Below are positions 62,372 through 64,000 of a stretch of DNA of 64,000 nt, in pieces. Both the position numbers and the translations under genes were made by a program. How positions within the stretch are numbered: position 1 is the first letter of the stretch; every line of letters begins with the position of its first letter. This stretch comes from Azolla caroliniana. Taxonomy: Eukaryota; Plantae; Polypodiophyta. A model generated the notes under the pieces. That model saw only the letters and a program-made list of their open reading frames with translations. It did no database searches and was not told where the DNA came from. Location of the stretch: contig JBHGNT010000006.1 of assembly GCA_043228905.1 (NCBI GenBank), forward strand, positions 17,546,001-17,610,000, given 5' to 3'.

Positions 62372-62770
62372 CCCTTTGGTGAAGTGTCTCACGTAGACAC
62401 CCTGTGTTAGGCCATTGTCCGGCCCGAAGAGTTAACAGCCACCAGGCGGCGGCCTTACCCCCGAGTTCTCGGCCGACATATGCAATCTTCGTACTATCTA
62501 ACGTGGGATAGAGCTCAAAATGAGAGTCCCATCGTCCCAAGCATGTGCAGATTGCTTCTTCGGTTCTTTCCTTTTTTGTCTCTCATAAATGGCTTAACAA
62601 CAAATGATGGTTCACCTTGTCGCTCATCAGGTCTATTAGTCTCACGTTGTAGACTAATGACACGTGCCTCAAGAGCACTCTGAGATTGTCGAAGTTCGGT
62701 CATTTGTTGAGCGGTGAAACTAAGGTATTGGCTTATTTGTGCCAAATACATTTCGGTGGACATTTGTCCA
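62372..62770 (-). pseudogene. gag: N-terminal gag fragment of another Ty3/Gypsy element
   Basis: VVKPF..WDSHFELYP..KIAYVGRELGGKAAAWW is a retrotransposon gag motif; frameshifted. Confidence 0.7.
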
Positions 62771-64000
62771 GGAGGATTCCCTTGAGTTCCTTCCCTTGAG
62801 CAGATGACATCGGGTCGTTAATTTGAGCCATTAAAGATTATTTCTGGAAAAGAAATAGGATAAGGTCAGAGAGATAGTCATAACATCATGTCGTGATGTA
62901 AACATATCATGGGCAAACATTAATCGATATCATGATCTCACGTCAATACCCCTCTAGACGTATGAGATGAGGTTCAAGATCAGGTTACTATGGTAACACA
63001 AAGGTGTTTTAAAAACCATGGGGGTGACAATTTAATGTCTTTCCCTGATCTCTATATCGATTTTTTCATGGCAGCTCCCCAAGGCTCAACCATGTATGTT
63101 CGCGTCATGAGTAGTTTATACACGAAAAAAATGTTAACAATAAACTATGTTTCTTTGCCCACATATGTGGTTACAGCTCTTTAAGTCCTATTACGAGGAC
63201 CCCGAGGTGCACTTAGACCTTAAGTCTAAACATGTGTTATAGTCATATGTATCAAGGATGTTGTATGGTCTTGGTCATATTTGAAATCGAGACCTTGAGA
63301 ACAAACACATTAAACACTTGAGCCAACCAAGTAAGTTGCTCTTCTCGAATGCTTAATGTTTGATGCGTGTAAGAGATATGCGAGGCATTTGATCATATAT
63401 GTTTTTTTTAAAAGAACATATATGTCAAGGGTCCTTATTTCGCCCTCATTTACCAAAACTATGTTGGTACGTTACCTAATCTCAAGTCTCGTAATTACGA
63501 TGGCATACGCCAAAGTGCAACCTAATGGTCAAGCCAAATGAGCCCTCGTTTCATAGTAGGCCCATGTGGCCCATCACATGGTCACGTCATTACGAATGCC
63601 TCTCGTAAGAACGAGCTCATGGTGGCATTGTATCCATGTAACGAGGGAGGGATGTTGGATACGTGTGTCATTGGAGCGACCTCACTTGAAGTGGGTCATC
63701 AACGGGGTTGTCAACAATAAAAAATTGTTGAAAAAGGGATGGTGACAACGCCATTCTCACAAAAATGTGAGGACGGCCACCAACATCCTTTTCCCGACAA
63801 GGACAACTTTCGATATAATCACGTAATAATGAATATGCACATATGTTTACTTATCACATATATACGATCAAATACGTATATACGTGACCACATATGCCTA
63901 TATTAAACATATCGTTATATTAAATAGCCACAAATGATGTGAGCGAGATACGTAATCGAGGTATATACCTCTACGCACACGAAACATCCACAAATAAGAG

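Noticed and set aside
58382-62770. Treating 62372-62770 as the continuation of the chromovirus gag at 57889-58381
   Set aside because: No TSD around the intervening LTR, and the two gag pieces overlap in homologous position with different sequence.
62800-64000. 5' LTR/PBS of the last gag fragment, or a host gene
   Set aside because: No recognisable PBS, LTR partner or coding motif; left unannotated.

Overview
Gene-poor, deeply nested plant retrotransposon cluster; about 90% of the window is transposable element (TE) sequence. The lineage mix (self-priming Tcn1-type chromovirus, tRNA-Trp-primed Phygy-type Gypsy) suggests a bryophyte, by inference. Contents: five Ty1/Copia elements (four from one related group with an unusual post-RNase H extension, one near-intact Tnt1-like), a decayed L1-type LINE, a Tcn1-type chromovirus, a second chromovirus, two degraded autonomous tRNA-Trp-primed Gypsy elements, a very young gag-only relative with apparently identical LTRs, the 3' end of an Athila/Tat-like element with an extra ORF, and several solo or recombinant LTRs. 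No clear host gene; one orphan ORF at 7872-8846. Main observations: (1) a tRNA-shaped A-box/B-box (Pol III/TFIIIC-type) module with identical spacing but a scrambled anticodon arm, antisense in the U3 of LTRs from two unrelated Gypsy lineages (5 copies); (2) all four insertions of the tRNA-Trp group have 4-bp target-site duplications (TSDs) of form ACGN, i.e. CpG-centred targeting; (3) a conserved GGAUUUU-UAG -1 frameshift site with a covarying stem and possible pseudoknot placed after the protease; (4) Tf1-style self-priming; (5) two LTRs with mismatched flanks marking probable inter-element recombination. All boundaries and comparisons were read by eye; no database searches were run.
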